Shown: positions 18,901 through 29,082, counted from the first letter of the stretch. The stretch: 64,000 nt of DNA from an uncultured virus (IMG/VR IMGVR_UViG_3300009074_000003) (IMGVR_UViG_3300009074_000003), one strand, 5' to 3'. Numbers and translations are program-made. Notes: generated by a model from the letters alone, not told the origin.

Positions 18901-21900
18901 GAATATAAATTTACGGCATCCGTAAGTGAATCATTCTCAACTCTTATATCATCATCACACCCATCAATTACAGGATCAGCACCTATGGTGTTTACCCAAT
19001 CTTTTATCAATCCTTCAAATTCTTCACTAACTTCAAGTTATGAATTTATTGGGTATGAAGCAGCATCTACCTACACTTATAGTAAACCTAACGTAGAAAC
19101 ATACTTTCTAGACCAACCAGCAATAGGAATTAGAAATAGAATTTCAAATAAAATTCAAGTTGATGATGGTAGTGATTATGGTAATGTATTATCTAAATAT
19201 AGAAGTATAGATCAAGACTATTTAATTAGCAAAAGTTATACTGAAGATATAACAAGTTTAGAAGTAGGATTTTCACCACAGGATGAAGTAAATGATGATA
19301 TAATAGCAACTTATGGTTATGGTGTAATATCAGATGTATTAGCTGATCCTAGATTTGCTTATGAGGGTAAAGAAAACTATTACCCTAAATTAAGAAATAT
19401 AGCAAATGAATATTTTAAAAAATATACAGAAGGTGATGTTTGGGATTATTTAAGATTAATTAAATATTTTGATAATTCATTATTTAAAGCAATTAAATCA
19501 TACGTACCCGCTCGTACTAGTGTAACTACAGGTGTTATAGTTAAACAACATATGTTGGAGCGTAATCGTCGTGTACCTATTACAGTTAATCCAAATACGA
19601 TAATAGCATACACACCTGAAACAGGATCAATAGTAGGTGGTCAATCTACAGCTACAGGAATGAATAGTCCAATCTCATATAGAGATTTAGAACTTACAGG
19701 AAGTATTAAGATGGTTGATATTGGTGGATCAACAGGAGGAGTTTTAAATCCTTACAATGTTGAAGTTACCCAATCTGGATTTTTCTCATATTTTTCGTCT
19801 AATACTCCTGGTAATTTACCAGACCAATATATTAATCTGATTCCTCAAGGTGGAAGTACAGCAACATATGGAGATATAGTATTATCTAGATTTGGAACTT
19901 CTTTAAAACAAGGTTTAAGATTAAAAACCCCAATTAAAACAAGATTTCTTTTTAACCAAACTAATACTGTAGGTGAGTTAGGATTTGATGAAGGATTTGA
20001 ATTTGCAGTATCATCATCTATAAGAGGAATTATAGGTACTGATATAATAACTTCATCTTCATTGTCTCCTATTGGAGCTACAATTGCAAGTTCTTCATAC
20101 TATGAAATGCTCCCAGGGGAAGATATTACTTTCTGGTTTAAAGGTATGGATGTTAGTGATCCAAATAATCCTATACCTGCTTCTGTAACTATGGAAAACT
20201 TCCTTTGGTCGATGTATTCTGTAAACCAACCAAACGCAAATGATTTTCAAGGTGCTGTTCTCCCATTTTCATCAAGTATATGGAATTCATTTACTACACA
20301 ATCCTACATTATAGAAAATAAAACTATATCTGGTAGTGTTTATGAATTACATAAATCACAAGATGAATTTTATAATGGAGAATTCAGTGGAAGTGAAATA
20401 ACAGTAACAACTCAATCTTTACTAGTAAATCCTTTTAGTGAGCCAAATACAATAAATACTACATATAACTTAATAGTTACTGCAAGTTTTGGTGCATATC
20501 AAAATAGTTCATGGAATACTACAGACCCATTTCAAAACACATTCCCTTCAGGTACTTTTGATTTACAATCAACATCCTCATTTTATGACCCAACAAAAGA
20601 AGGACTTGGGTTAGAATCAGTTTATAATTTATGGGCTGAGTGGGAAATAGATAATAGTTTTTCTACAAAAACGGGTTCTATATTTTATTATCAAGACCCA
20701 ACTCAACCAGAAGATTGGTGGATTGTAGGGTTAATTTTACCCAGTCAAATGGACATCCCAGCAGGTTCTATTTCAAATAAATTTGGGAGTTATTTAGGTT
20801 GGTCTAGCCAAAATTTATCAAATGGTGAAGTTGTAGCTAGAAAAAATTCTAATGGTTCAGTCATAGAAGTACCCCAAGAATCAAATATAAATCCTATAAA
20901 CCAAGTACCCCCAGAATACTCAGGCATTCCTGCTATCGAAGGTGGAGAGAATACACCAAACCAGTGGGGTCCTTATATAAAATTCCCAACTACATCGGGT
21001 TCAATGAATCAATTTTATGCCATAGGTTTAAATGTTGATTATGGTATTACAGACCCACAATATAATAATATGAAGTATGAGGAAATATTTTCTAATATGT
21101 TAGGAAATAATGATTCAGTACTTAAATATTATAGCACGACAGGTATAATCAATACGGGTGACCCAGATGCCCCAACAATTACAACAACATCAGCAACATA
21201 TGGAATAACTAAATATTGGTTTAAGGATCCTTGGAATAATGGGGGTAGACCTATTAGACTTAATCAGCCAACATCTTTTGGACCATCCCCAGATATGTTT
21301 ACGGAAACAGTCCGTGGCATAGAAGTTTATCTTTCACCTGAAAGAATACAAAGAACTAAATTTACCGACAATCAAAAAGATGGAACTCTTAATAATTATG
21401 GAATAGGATCAGCAAGTTTAGCATTGATAGGATCCACATGGACAGGTTCATGGTATGATGGGTCAGGCTGGTTTCCAGAACAATTAACATTTAATAATGA
21501 AACTCAAGATCCAGATACAGGAGTAATTAATAATAATTTATCTACTTTTGCAAATGAACCATCATTTGAATTAAACCTTCCTAATTATATAGGTACACCA
21601 GCTCCTATAGATTCTTATGGAAAAGCAGGTAATGTCTTTATCCAATCTTTAAATGATTTAGAAGGTATTTCCTTTTTACAAGATTCAACAAGTCCGGGAT
21701 GGACAGTATTTAATTATAACCCACAAAATAGTAGATATTTAAGTGGTTCAGTTAACGGAAGTTTCCCACTTATACAATATAACCCATCAGGACCTCAAGA
21801 TTCAGAGTATGTTAATTTTAACCCTCAATTACCTTCAAATAACTTAGAATTTGAAAACTCATCATATTATCCTTTAATAAATAATGCTACTGAAAGTGTA

Positions 21901-24090
21901 AAAAATACTTATTTGCAAGTTGTAGAGTATGATAATGGTCCAATTCCATCAAATATTGAACCTATAATATCTCAATCAGCATTAAAAGCAAGAGTGCCAG
22001 ATAGTTTTTATACTCAAAAATCCTCAATCATACCAAGATATTTAGGAAGTAAATTACAAAGTGCAGATTATAATACTTATACTCCACCACTAACAAATAT
22101 TACTTACCTAAACGGTAATATAACAGGAAGTATGTTTTCAGGGTCTAATGAAACATTCACAATAGCTACTACTTGTTTTGTAGAAGGTACTAAAATATCT
22201 ACAACAAAAGATAGTATTAAAAATGTTGAAGATTTTAAACCTGGAGATTTTATATTAACATACAATCCTGATGATAATAAACAAGAAGAAGGTGTTGTAG
22301 GAAGTATTGATACAAAATTAGTTTCATCTTTAATAGAAATAACATTTGATAATGGTAATATTATTCAAACAACAGAAGAACATCCATTTTATGTTAAAGA
22401 TAAAGGACTTGTAAATGCTTCTGAATTAAAACCTTTGGATATTTGTAAAACTATAAATGAAGATTTATCAACAATAACAACAGTAAACAAAATTAAAGGA
22501 GATTATAAAGTATATAATATAATAGATGTAAATCCTAATAGTAATTACTATGCAAATGGTATATTAGTTCACAATAAAGGGATAATTATTACAACATATA
22601 CTTCACCATCTTGGTTAGGAGATTCAAGCCCCCAACAGATGCCTTCTGAAGGAGTAGCATTTTCAACAATTTCAAAACATCCAATTTATTTTGCTCATTA
22701 TAGATCTTCAAAAGAAACTTATGAGTTATGGGATTCTACAACATTTAATATAGATCAATTAATTGAATCACCTTTAGAGGATATTAGAGGTGAAAAAGCC
22801 CCAACAACCCCAGTAGTAGTTAGTATTGATGGGTCTGATGATCAAATAACAGAAGTAAGAAGTACATTTGAAGTAGATAGAAAATCTGATGTTAATTATA
22901 ATGTAGGAAAAGTAAAAGGACTATCAGGATCACTTTCAACTATTAATTATGGTTCATTAGCTGTTGGTGATAATACAATATATCAAGGTGCTTTAGAATA
23001 TAATGCTTTATTATCTAATGAACCCAACCAAACATCATATGCTAAATTTATGGCTTTTAACACCGGGAGTATTTTTGGAATGTATAAATCTACAGGCTCA
23101 GGTACATATGGAAAACCAACATCAAGTAATTTTATAGATTTAACCTTACAAAAAGCACCAGGAAGTGGTGGTTGGGGACTTTCACAAATGGCAGGTTATG
23201 ATTTTTTCTTATCAGCAAGTCAAGATTCAGATCCAACTTCTCCAAACTATCAAGGTGGATATTTAAGGCTACTTGGGGGAGGAGTAACAATTACAGCATC
23301 AGCTGAAGCAATTCCGGATGCAGCCTCAACATACCAATGGATCTCAGGTCCAGGATTAGGTGCTATTCACTCTGTAAATAAATGTTTACAAAAAGGACAA
23401 TTTGCAACTAATATTAACATAATAACTCCAACTATCAATCAATTAGGATGGCCTATTGGTGCTAAACGAATAAAGCAAGACTCAATATTTTTTACATGGG
23501 ATGTAGGACAATCAGCAAATGCTACAAGTTCAATTGGCTCTTATGTTTCCCCCAACCCACTAACTAAAGGTTATTTTCCAGAAATAGCAAACTACCAAGA
23601 CTATTCTCTACCTTTTTTAATTGAAAAGGGAGATGAAATTAGAATTGCATATTCATCATCTGCTAATTCTCAAGGTAAAGCATTTATAAATGAACAAGAT
23701 TTCACAGTAGTAGATGTTCCCCATTCACCTGATAATAACCATGGTTATGTTTGTCCTGGTTTTGCTGTTACCCAAACTATAAATTCAGCATCTATTTTCG
23801 ATAGAATTTATGTTTCTCCAAACCCAATGAATTTTGATATAGAAGATAATAAAATATTTAATTTTACTATAAGAAGAAGAGTTAATGCTTCTGATAGAGT
23901 TATAATATTCCAATCTAACCCAACAGGATCAGAGGGTGCTAGAACATTTGGCCCATCAGGATATTTAATACCTGGGGATTTTACACCTATCCAAAAAAGA
24001 AATGTTCAAACTTTAATAAATCAATTAAGAGCTAAAAATGCTTTTAGAGCAGATGAAGACAATGACACAAGAAGAGCTCCAACTGAATAA
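15922..24090 (+). CDS. Giant baseplate/tail structural protein (gp7-like core, LamG-like region, internal Hint domain)
   Basis: 2722 aa; IYKRLYHNMAYLTKKKGTISGLRQLINIWG resembles the gp7/P2-gpI wedge motif; Hint domain at 22174-22575. Confidence 0.7.
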   Translation: MEYKFDELKEMSKALGTDYKSNLERDAVVTPITNDRENNINISSSCIQIPASTVVSMGYDFAESEIIPSEDISGSFFQSGSIIEFYTYSTTKTLLSQDYNFTDYTIEENTAIADTSDATSYTNSQGVAVVNTGSASIPTNNITLQPTLDLYDRGFDNGELFAVYNFINYELASSTTQTFYISEISGDRTEIRIKSNAISAVDIKNGFASLKDKLNSTEYFDEFYLSFYQNNYVVAVNIALESTPEKALDPSILIKLYEPLPANYNVEQRLYVATKVGETVAYKVEFIQDFSNFIDNANYIKGPNVNIPLQDLVNNSTTLKSYEDLTKTESSSSLDSVLNYLNQTGVTITPNYSYNTFDEYINFSSAKQRINNFYEKVSQIQSYQSDIDTITTITGSNPNVIEISQSLSSLQTNITNLVSNFDGYESYLYYNSSSFAYPKTGSSYPYSLLPTGSTEVLTWMGSDVENSQYYGGYVLSASLYDEDNQNWLYYTIPTFITENSDNNEYVEFSNMVGQSFDEVWLYTKALSERYNTTNDPESGLPLDLAADAIKGLGFETFGNNYDNQDNFIGLTGEDNGIYVPPTGSELITDYVAVNNGKIINYWNLGYSWLNYVEQLIEPGFPYAIDKVSKEIYKRLYHNMAYLTKKKGTISGLRQLINIWGIPNTILRINEFGGKNKDNSDDYDLWYKRYSYAYTPVANQYMASSSVKVPWMPLQRNKIDSNEYIVPDGLAFRFKTTGHPSSSYGGKFYSQSLAVKKSNGTNDQQMDWGIGLFYEDQPSGSYSGSSFSDYYNYGKLRFYMSASQPDGGVQISDDIELPFFDGGWWSVLLQRDQHVSASTNDTPTTYTLFVANKQVDGWDGNSLGWSGSVSMSSANIAFNSGYGGGTYDSVEYDLPEAVHPTINESWNSFGVTEYDGVYVGGYVSGSDVMTEVLNEGAKIFSGSFQEFRYYSNNISKEVFNDFVMNPESVEGNNVTGSESSFDIINFRAPLGNELEYKFTASVSESFSTLISSSHPSITGSAPMVFTQSFINPSNSSLTSSYEFIGYEAASTYTYSKPNVETYFLDQPAIGIRNRISNKIQVDDGSDYGNVLSKYRSIDQDYLISKSYTEDITSLEVGFSPQDEVNDDIIATYGYGVISDVLADPRFAYEGKENYYPKLRNIANEYFKKYTEGDVWDYLRLIKYFDNSLFKAIKSYVPARTSVTTGVIVKQHMLERNRRVPITVNPNTIIAYTPETGSIVGGQSTATGMNSPISYRDLELTGSIKMVDIGGSTGGVLNPYNVEVTQSGFFSYFSSNTPGNLPDQYINLIPQGGSTATYGDIVLSRFGTSLKQGLRLKTPIKTRFLFNQTNTVGELGFDEGFEFAVSSSIRGIIGTDIITSSSLSPIGATIASSSYYEMLPGEDITFWFKGMDVSDPNNPIPASVTMENFLWSMYSVNQPNANDFQGAVLPFSSSIWNSFTTQSYIIENKTISGSVYELHKSQDEFYNGEFSGSEITVTTQSLLVNPFSEPNTINTTYNLIVTASFGAYQNSSWNTTDPFQNTFPSGTFDLQSTSSFYDPTKEGLGLESVYNLWAEWEIDNSFSTKTGSIFYYQDPTQPEDWWIVGLILPSQMDIPAGSISNKFGSYLGWSSQNLSNGEVVARKNSNGSVIEVPQESNINPINQVPPEYSGIPAIEGGENTPNQWGPYIKFPTTSGSMNQFYAIGLNVDYGITDPQYNNMKYEEIFSNMLGNNDSVLKYYSTTGIINTGDPDAPTITTTSATYGITKYWFKDPWNNGGRPIRLNQPTSFGPSPDMFTETVRGIEVYLSPERIQRTKFTDNQKDGTLNNYGIGSASLALIGSTWTGSWYDGSGWFPEQLTFNNETQDPDTGVINNNLSTFANEPSFELNLPNYIGTPAPIDSYGKAGNVFIQSLNDLEGISFLQDSTSPGWTVFNYNPQNSRYLSGSVNGSFPLIQYNPSGPQDSEYVNFNPQLPSNNLEFENSSYYPLINNATESVKNTYLQVVEYDNGPIPSNIEPIISQSALKARVPDSFYTQKSSIIPRYLGSKLQSADYNTYTPPLTNITYLNGNITGSMFSGSNETFTIATTCFVEGTKISTTKDSIKNVEDFKPGDFILTYNPDDNKQEEGVVGSIDTKLVSSLIEITFDNGNIIQTTEEHPFYVKDKGLVNASELKPLDICKTINEDLSTITTVNKIKGDYKVYNIIDVNPNSNYYANGILVHNKGIIITTYTSPSWLGDSSPQQMPSEGVAFSTISKHPIYFAHYRSSKETYELWDSTTFNIDQLIESPLEDIRGEKAPTTPVVVSIDGSDDQITEVRSTFEVDRKSDVNYNVGKVKGLSGSLSTINYGSLAVGDNTIYQGALEYNALLSNEPNQTSYAKFMAFNTGSIFGMYKSTGSGTYGKPTSSNFIDLTLQKAPGSGGWGLSQMAGYDFFLSASQDSDPTSPNYQGGYLRLLGGGVTITASAEAIPDAASTYQWISGPGLGAIHSVNKCLQKGQFATNINIITPTINQLGWPIGAKRIKQDSIFFTWDVGQSANATSSIGSYVSPNPLTKGYFPEIANYQDYSLPFLIEKGDEIRIAYSSSANSQGKAFINEQDFTVVDVPHSPDNNHGYVCPGFAVTQTINSASIFDRIYVSPNPMNFDIEDNKIFNFTIRRRVNASDRVIIFQSNPTGSEGARTFGPSGYLIPGDFTPIQKRNVQTLINQLRAKNAFRADEDNDTRRAPTE
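22174..22575 (+). other. Hint (intein-like) domain, 134 aa, with no homing endonuclease
   Basis: Block A CFVEGTKI, block B TTEEHPFYV, block F VYNI, block G YYANGILVHN followed by K. Confidence 0.88.
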
Positions 24091-24147
24091 TATAACTTGG
24101 AGTAAAAACAAAAAAAACGTATATTTATAATTAAAATAACATAGCAA

Positions 24148-24822
24148 ATGGGATATTTAAACAATCAGGTAGTAACAGTAGATGCTATCTTAACAACAAA
24201 AGGAAGAGAACTTTTAGCAAGAGGTGATGGTTCTTTTAACATAAGGTCTTTCGCATTATCAGATGATGAAATAGATTATACATTGTATAATCCAACAAAC
24301 CCTTCAGGTTCTGCTTATTATGGTGAAGCTATTCAAAATATGCCATTATTAGAAGCATTTCCAGATGAAACTCAAATGATGAAGTATAAGTTAGTAACTT
24401 TACCAAGAGACACAGCAACAATGCCAGTAGTTTCAGCTGGTGGCTTCTCAGCAGTAAAATTAAAACAAACATTATCTACTACTATTACACCACAAACTGC
24501 AAACTATTTAGGCAATAATGCAGTAAATGAAGCATCTGGGTATATGTTTACAGTTAGTGATGTAAGACAATTTTCAGTAGTTCAAGGGGATGGTATTACA
24601 TCTAAATCTGCAAATAGTTTAAATGAGAATTCAATGATTACAAATGGTACTAATGTATCTAGAACCGTAATAGGAATGTCTTGTACTTTAACAGCAACAG
24701 GTATTGCTACTTTATTTGGTCAAGGAGGTAATTCAACTAGTACTTTATTTAGCACTTTAACTATTATAGGAATGGATTCAGGAGCAAGAGTTCAAATTCC
24801 AATCCAAATCACTAGAACATAA
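24148..24822 (+). CDS. Hypothetical tail/baseplate structural protein
   Basis: AILTTKGRELLA N-terminus resembles tail-collar/fibre attachment domains; TATTTATA at 24122-24129. Confidence 0.6.
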   Translation: MGYLNNQVVTVDAILTTKGRELLARGDGSFNIRSFALSDDEIDYTLYNPTNPSGSAYYGEAIQNMPLLEAFPDETQMMKYKLVTLPRDTATMPVVSAGGFSAVKLKQTLSTTITPQTANYLGNNAVNEASGYMFTVSDVRQFSVVQGDGITSKSANSLNENSMITNGTNVSRTVIGMSCTLTATGIATLFGQGGNSTSTLFSTLTIIGMDSGARVQIPIQITRT

Positions 24823-24834
24823 AAATAAAAAAAT

Positions 24835-25905
24835 ATGGCAGTTCAAATAACAAATGATAATCAAATAACAGCGTTCTACCCAATAGAACCTCAGGATATG
24901 ATTATTAGTACTGAAAATGTAACCAGTACAGTATGGGAAAATAATCAACCTACACTAACAACGATGTTTACATCATCAGTACAAGCAGCAAGTGCCACGG
25001 GGCAATTCTATTATAGTATTTATGGCTCTGAAGAAGCTACAGGTTCTGTACAATTTGCAATAGCTTATTGTGATGCTGATGGTAGCGGTAGTTTATTATA
25101 CAACCCTAATGTTAATGGTTTATCACCAACAAGAACAAATTATGGACAATATAGAAATTTAATTCTAGGAGATGAAGAATCTTCATTTGTATTTGGAAAT
25201 CAATCATCATCATATTTTTATGCTTTACCTATTGAAAGAGCAGGATATAAAGAAGAAATCCTACCAGGAGTATGGACTTTAGCACTTTCTGATGGTACTG
25301 GGAATAATATATATCTTACAGATGATAGTAAATTAGGAGGAGCAGCAGTATTTTCAGAAGCTGGTAGAGTTTATAACATAGTAACAGGATCAGCAGGTAA
25401 TGTTTATACTTCTGTTACTCAACCACAAGGATGGACACTAAACTCAGGATCTTATGGGTTTTTACTACCAGATATTGGAGTAATATTATTAAGTGGTGAA
25501 GCATTAGATGGTACAGTAGCAGATTCAGGTATTAATTTACAAACAGACAGAACATCAAATAGCCAAGAAAATAATCCTAAATTAATGTTTGAAGCTATGG
25601 ATGATGCCTCAGCTATATCACCATCACCAGGGTTTACTTTAAACTCACAAGAAAATCTTTCATCAGATTTTATATTTTGTAGAGCTAGAAGTCAAAATTC
25701 AAATTATTCAACAAACCCATCATTTATCTCAGGTTCAGATGGAGCTGTATTATATAATTCTTTTATTAATGACCCCCAAGTATATATTACTACAGTAGGT
25801 TTATATAACAATGATCAGGAATTAGTAGCAGTTGCTAAACTTTCAAGACCTTTGTTAAAAGATTTTACTAAGGAATTACTTGTAAGGATCAAGTTAGACT
25901 TCTAA
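24835..25905 (+). CDS. Tail-collar/fibre-attachment-like structural protein
   Basis: C-terminal YITTVGLYNNDQELVAVAKLSRPL; paralogous to the next gene. Confidence 0.6.
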   Translation: MAVQITNDNQITAFYPIEPQDMIISTENVTSTVWENNQPTLTTMFTSSVQAASATGQFYYSIYGSEEATGSVQFAIAYCDADGSGSLLYNPNVNGLSPTRTNYGQYRNLILGDEESSFVFGNQSSSYFYALPIERAGYKEEILPGVWTLALSDGTGNNIYLTDDSKLGGAAVFSEAGRVYNIVTGSAGNVYTSVTQPQGWTLNSGSYGFLLPDIGVILLSGEALDGTVADSGINLQTDRTSNSQENNPKLMFEAMDDASAISPSPGFTLNSQENLSSDFIFCRARSQNSNYSTNPSFISGSDGAVLYNSFINDPQVYITTVGLYNNDQELVAVAKLSRPLLKDFTKELLVRIKLDF

Positions 25906-25908
25906 TGA

Positions 25909-26874
25909 ATGAGCGCTTGGAAACAATTCACAACAAAGGATGTTACAATAACTCCATTTACAGCAGATAAAGGATTTACTTTTACAGGTAATGAAATTAC
26001 AGGGTCTGAAAATGGTATTAATATTTACTCTGGTAACAATGTAAATTATACATCATCACTTAATATTCAAACTGGATTTGAATATTCTTCCTCAGTAAAT
26101 TCTATATGGAATAGTGCAAAACAATTATATTACACAAATTACATATCTTCAAGTAAAGGAGATTTTGTAAACACAGGTAGTATACTTCCGGGAGTTACAA
26201 GAGAAGATGACAGATCTATTGGTAATATAGAATCACCTTTATATGATAATTACCTTCAATCTTCTTTACTTCAAGAAAGATACTGGAATACTGGAAGTGA
26301 ACAAAATACTCCCATATCACAAATAACTTCAATATCTATACCAACTAAACTTTATGGGGAAAAAGTAATACCTGGAACTTTTCTATTTACAACATCAACA
26401 CCTGATTATCCTACCGGAATAACTTTAAAGGATGATGGTGAGGGAAATATTATATCTGGATCACAAGATGTAGTAATTGGTCAAATATTTTACTCTCATG
26501 GTATGGTTATACTTACTAGAGATGCCCGTTCTACTAATATAGGCAATTCAATTAATAGTAATCCTGCATTATTAGGTAATACAACTATAGCATTTTCTTC
26601 ATCACTAACTATTTATGAACAACAATATAAATGTGTTATATTAGAAAACGAATTAGGATACTCACTAAATCCATCCCTATTAACTCAATCTATTCCGGGT
26701 GATAGTAGTGAACAATATTATCCTTTTGTAACAGGTTCATTTTTTGAACCATACATTACTTGTGTAGGATTGTATAATGAATCACAACAATTAGTAGCTG
26801 TAGGAAAATTATCTTTCCCATTACCAGTATCTCAGTTTACAGATACAACAGTTATTGTAAATTTCGACGTATGA
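25909..26874 (+). CDS. Tail-collar/fibre-attachment-like structural protein (paralog)
   Basis: C-terminal YITCVGLYNESQQLVAVGKLSFPL. Confidence 0.6.
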   Translation: MSAWKQFTTKDVTITPFTADKGFTFTGNEITGSENGINIYSGNNVNYTSSLNIQTGFEYSSSVNSIWNSAKQLYYTNYISSSKGDFVNTGSILPGVTREDDRSIGNIESPLYDNYLQSSLLQERYWNTGSEQNTPISQITSISIPTKLYGEKVIPGTFLFTTSTPDYPTGITLKDDGEGNIISGSQDVVIGQIFYSHGMVILTRDARSTNIGNSINSNPALLGNTTIAFSSSLTIYEQQYKCVILENELGYSLNPSLLTQSIPGDSSEQYYPFVTGSFFEPYITCVGLYNESQQLVAVGKLSFPLPVSQFTDTTVIVNFDV

Positions 26875-27320
26875 TAAATTGGAAATACCAACAAAAAGAA
26901 ATATTAGAATTCTCTGACTTCCCAGAGTTAACCCATGGTTTTGTATATAGGATAATCCATACACCTACTAAAAAATCTTATATAGGTAGGAAAATATTAC
27001 AAAATACTTCTAAAGTAAAATTAGGTAAAAAAGAAATAGCAGAATATGCTGGAGTAGTAGGCCGTAGACCATCTTATAAACTAGTTGTAAAGGAATCAAA
27101 TTGGAAAAATTATTGGGGTTCAAATAAATATTTGAATGAGTTATATAAAACAGAACCTAAAGAAAATTTTGAACGACAAATTTTAACATTTGCCCCCTCC
27201 AAAAAATTACTTACTTATTATGAAGTAAAGTATCAAATGATTTATCAAGTTTTAGAAACACCCGATGAATTTTTTAATGATAATATTTTAGGAAAGTTTT
27301 ATACAAAAGATTTTAACTAA
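26871..27320 (+). CDS. GIY-YIG family nuclease-like protein
   Basis: GFVY-x-I...YIGRK, YWGS, conserved E and FFNDNI. Confidence 0.75.
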   Translation: MINWKYQQKEILEFSDFPELTHGFVYRIIHTPTKKSYIGRKILQNTSKVKLGKKEIAEYAGVVGRRPSYKLVVKESNWKNYWGSNKYLNELYKTEPKENFERQILTFAPSKKLLTYYEVKYQMIYQVLETPDEFFNDNILGKFYTKDFN

Positions 27321-27358
27321 CCGTTGATATCTAAATTTAGTTTCGTATATTATACTCC

Positions 27359-28291
27359 ATGATTAATGAACTATTAGTAAGTTTAGTAAATTCCGTTATA
27401 GGTGCGGGTAAACGAACAGCTAGAGGCAACCAAGCCCATAACTGTCCGTATTGCAACCACCATAAACCAAAATTAGAGATTAATTTTTCTGAAAATAAAA
27501 AAGGATATAATCCTTGGCATTGTTGGGTTTGTAATAAAAAAGGAACTAAAATCACGTCTTTATTCAAACAAGTTAAAGCATCCCCTGAAAAATTTACAGA
27601 ATTATATAAGTTAATAGGAAATGAAAAGGAACGTAAAACTGTAATAAATACAACCTTACTAAAACTTCCTGAAGAATATAAATCATTTAAAGATATAACA
27701 TCATCAGACATTGAGGGTAGACAAGCTGCTTACTATTTAAAAAGCAGAGGTATTACTAAAGATGATATTGAAAAATATAACATAGGATATTGCACATCAG
27801 GAAGATACTCAAAAATGGTTATAATACCTTCTTATGATGAATCTGGAAATTTAAATTATTTTACAGGTAGATCTTTTGAAAAAGAACCATATATTAAATA
27901 TCGTAATCCTGAAACCTCACGTGATGTCATCCCATTTGAATTGTTTATAAATTGGAAATTACCGTTAATATTGTGCGAAGGACCATTTGACGCCATAGCC
28001 ATTAAAAGAAATGCAATACCGTTATTAGGCAACAATATACAACAAAACCTAATGAAACGGATTGTAACATCAACAGTTGAAAAAATATACATAGCATTAG
28101 ATAATGACGCATTAAAAAAATCTTTAAAATTTGCAGAAAAATTTATTAATGAAGGCAAGGAAGTTCATCTAGTTGAACTTGAAGGGAAAGACCCTAGCGA
28201 AATGGGATTTACCCATTTTACTAACCTAATACAAAAATCCATTCCTCTAACACAATACGCCTTAATGGAAAAAAAATTATCTCTAGTATGA
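27359..28291 (+). CDS. DNA primase (Zn finger + TOPRIM)
   Basis: CPYC...HCWVC Zn finger, YLKSRGI, CEGPFDA and ALDND; CGTATATT promoter motif just upstream. Confidence 0.9.
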   Translation: MINELLVSLVNSVIGAGKRTARGNQAHNCPYCNHHKPKLEINFSENKKGYNPWHCWVCNKKGTKITSLFKQVKASPEKFTELYKLIGNEKERKTVINTTLLKLPEEYKSFKDITSSDIEGRQAAYYLKSRGITKDDIEKYNIGYCTSGRYSKMVIIPSYDESGNLNYFTGRSFEKEPYIKYRNPETSRDVIPFELFINWKLPLILCEGPFDAIAIKRNAIPLLGNNIQQNLMKRIVTSTVEKIYIALDNDALKKSLKFAEKFINEGKEVHLVELEGKDPSEMGFTHFTNLIQKSIPLTQYALMEKKLSLV

Positions 28292-29058
28292 GTAAAAAAA
28301 CAATTAAAAAGTCCTATAATAGGATTTTAGAAATTTCGGAAGATGCTAAACAAATTACACTCCCAGATTCAAGGTATTATCAAAGAAATGGTGATTATTA
28401 CCCATCAATTACTTATGTTTTAAGTTGTTATCCAAAAGGTAAACATTTTCAAGATTGGTTAAAAAAAGTAGGATACAGTGCTGATTGGATTGTAAGAAAA
28501 GCAGGTGAAGAAGGTACTCAAGTACATGAAATGTGTGAGGATTATCTTAATGGTAAAGAGTTAAACTTTTTACAAAACGGAATCCCAATGTATGACACCT
28601 TAGTATGGCAAATGTTTTTAAGATTTGTAGATTGGTGGGAAACATACAACCCAACACTAATTGAAACTGAAGTTCATTTATTTTCAGATGAAATCAAAGT
28701 AGCAGGTACTTGTGATATGGTTTGTGAAATTGATGGTGAGTTATGGATTATTGATTTTAAAACTTCTAACCACTTACAAACTACATATGATCTTCAAACC
28801 GCAATTTATGGTAAATGTTATGAAGAATGTTTTGGTAAAAAAGCAGATAGATATGGGGTTTTATGGTTAAAATCCTCTAAAAGAGGTCCTAAAGAAGGAT
28901 CAATGCAGGGTAAAGGATGGGAAATGTATGAATCAAAACGTTCACAAGATGAAAATATTAATATATTTAATACTGTAAAACAATTATTTGATTTAGAAAA
29001 TCCTAAACATAAGCCAATATTCACCGAATTTAGAACGCAAGCTAAAAGAAAATTGTGA
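28288..29058 (+). CDS. PD-(D/E)XK exonuclease
   Basis: YPSITYVL, GTQVH, AGTCD, IIDFKTS and QTAIY motifs. Confidence 0.85.
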   Translation: MSKKTIKKSYNRILEISEDAKQITLPDSRYYQRNGDYYPSITYVLSCYPKGKHFQDWLKKVGYSADWIVRKAGEEGTQVHEMCEDYLNGKELNFLQNGIPMYDTLVWQMFLRFVDWWETYNPTLIETEVHLFSDEIKVAGTCDMVCEIDGELWIIDFKTSNHLQTTYDLQTAIYGKCYEECFGKKADRYGVLWLKSSKRGPKEGSMQGKGWEMYESKRSQDENINIFNTVKQLFDLENPKHKPIFTEFRTQAKRKL

Positions 29059-29082
29059 TATTTATAATAAAATATTCAATTT

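Noticed and set aside
22174..22575. Canonical mobile intein with homing endonuclease
   Set aside because: Only 134 aa, no LAGLIDADG/HNH motifs, and the +1 residue is Lys
26871..27320. Intron-encoded homing endonuclease
   Set aside because: Free-standing, ATGA-coupled to the upstream gene; the flanking genes are uninterrupted
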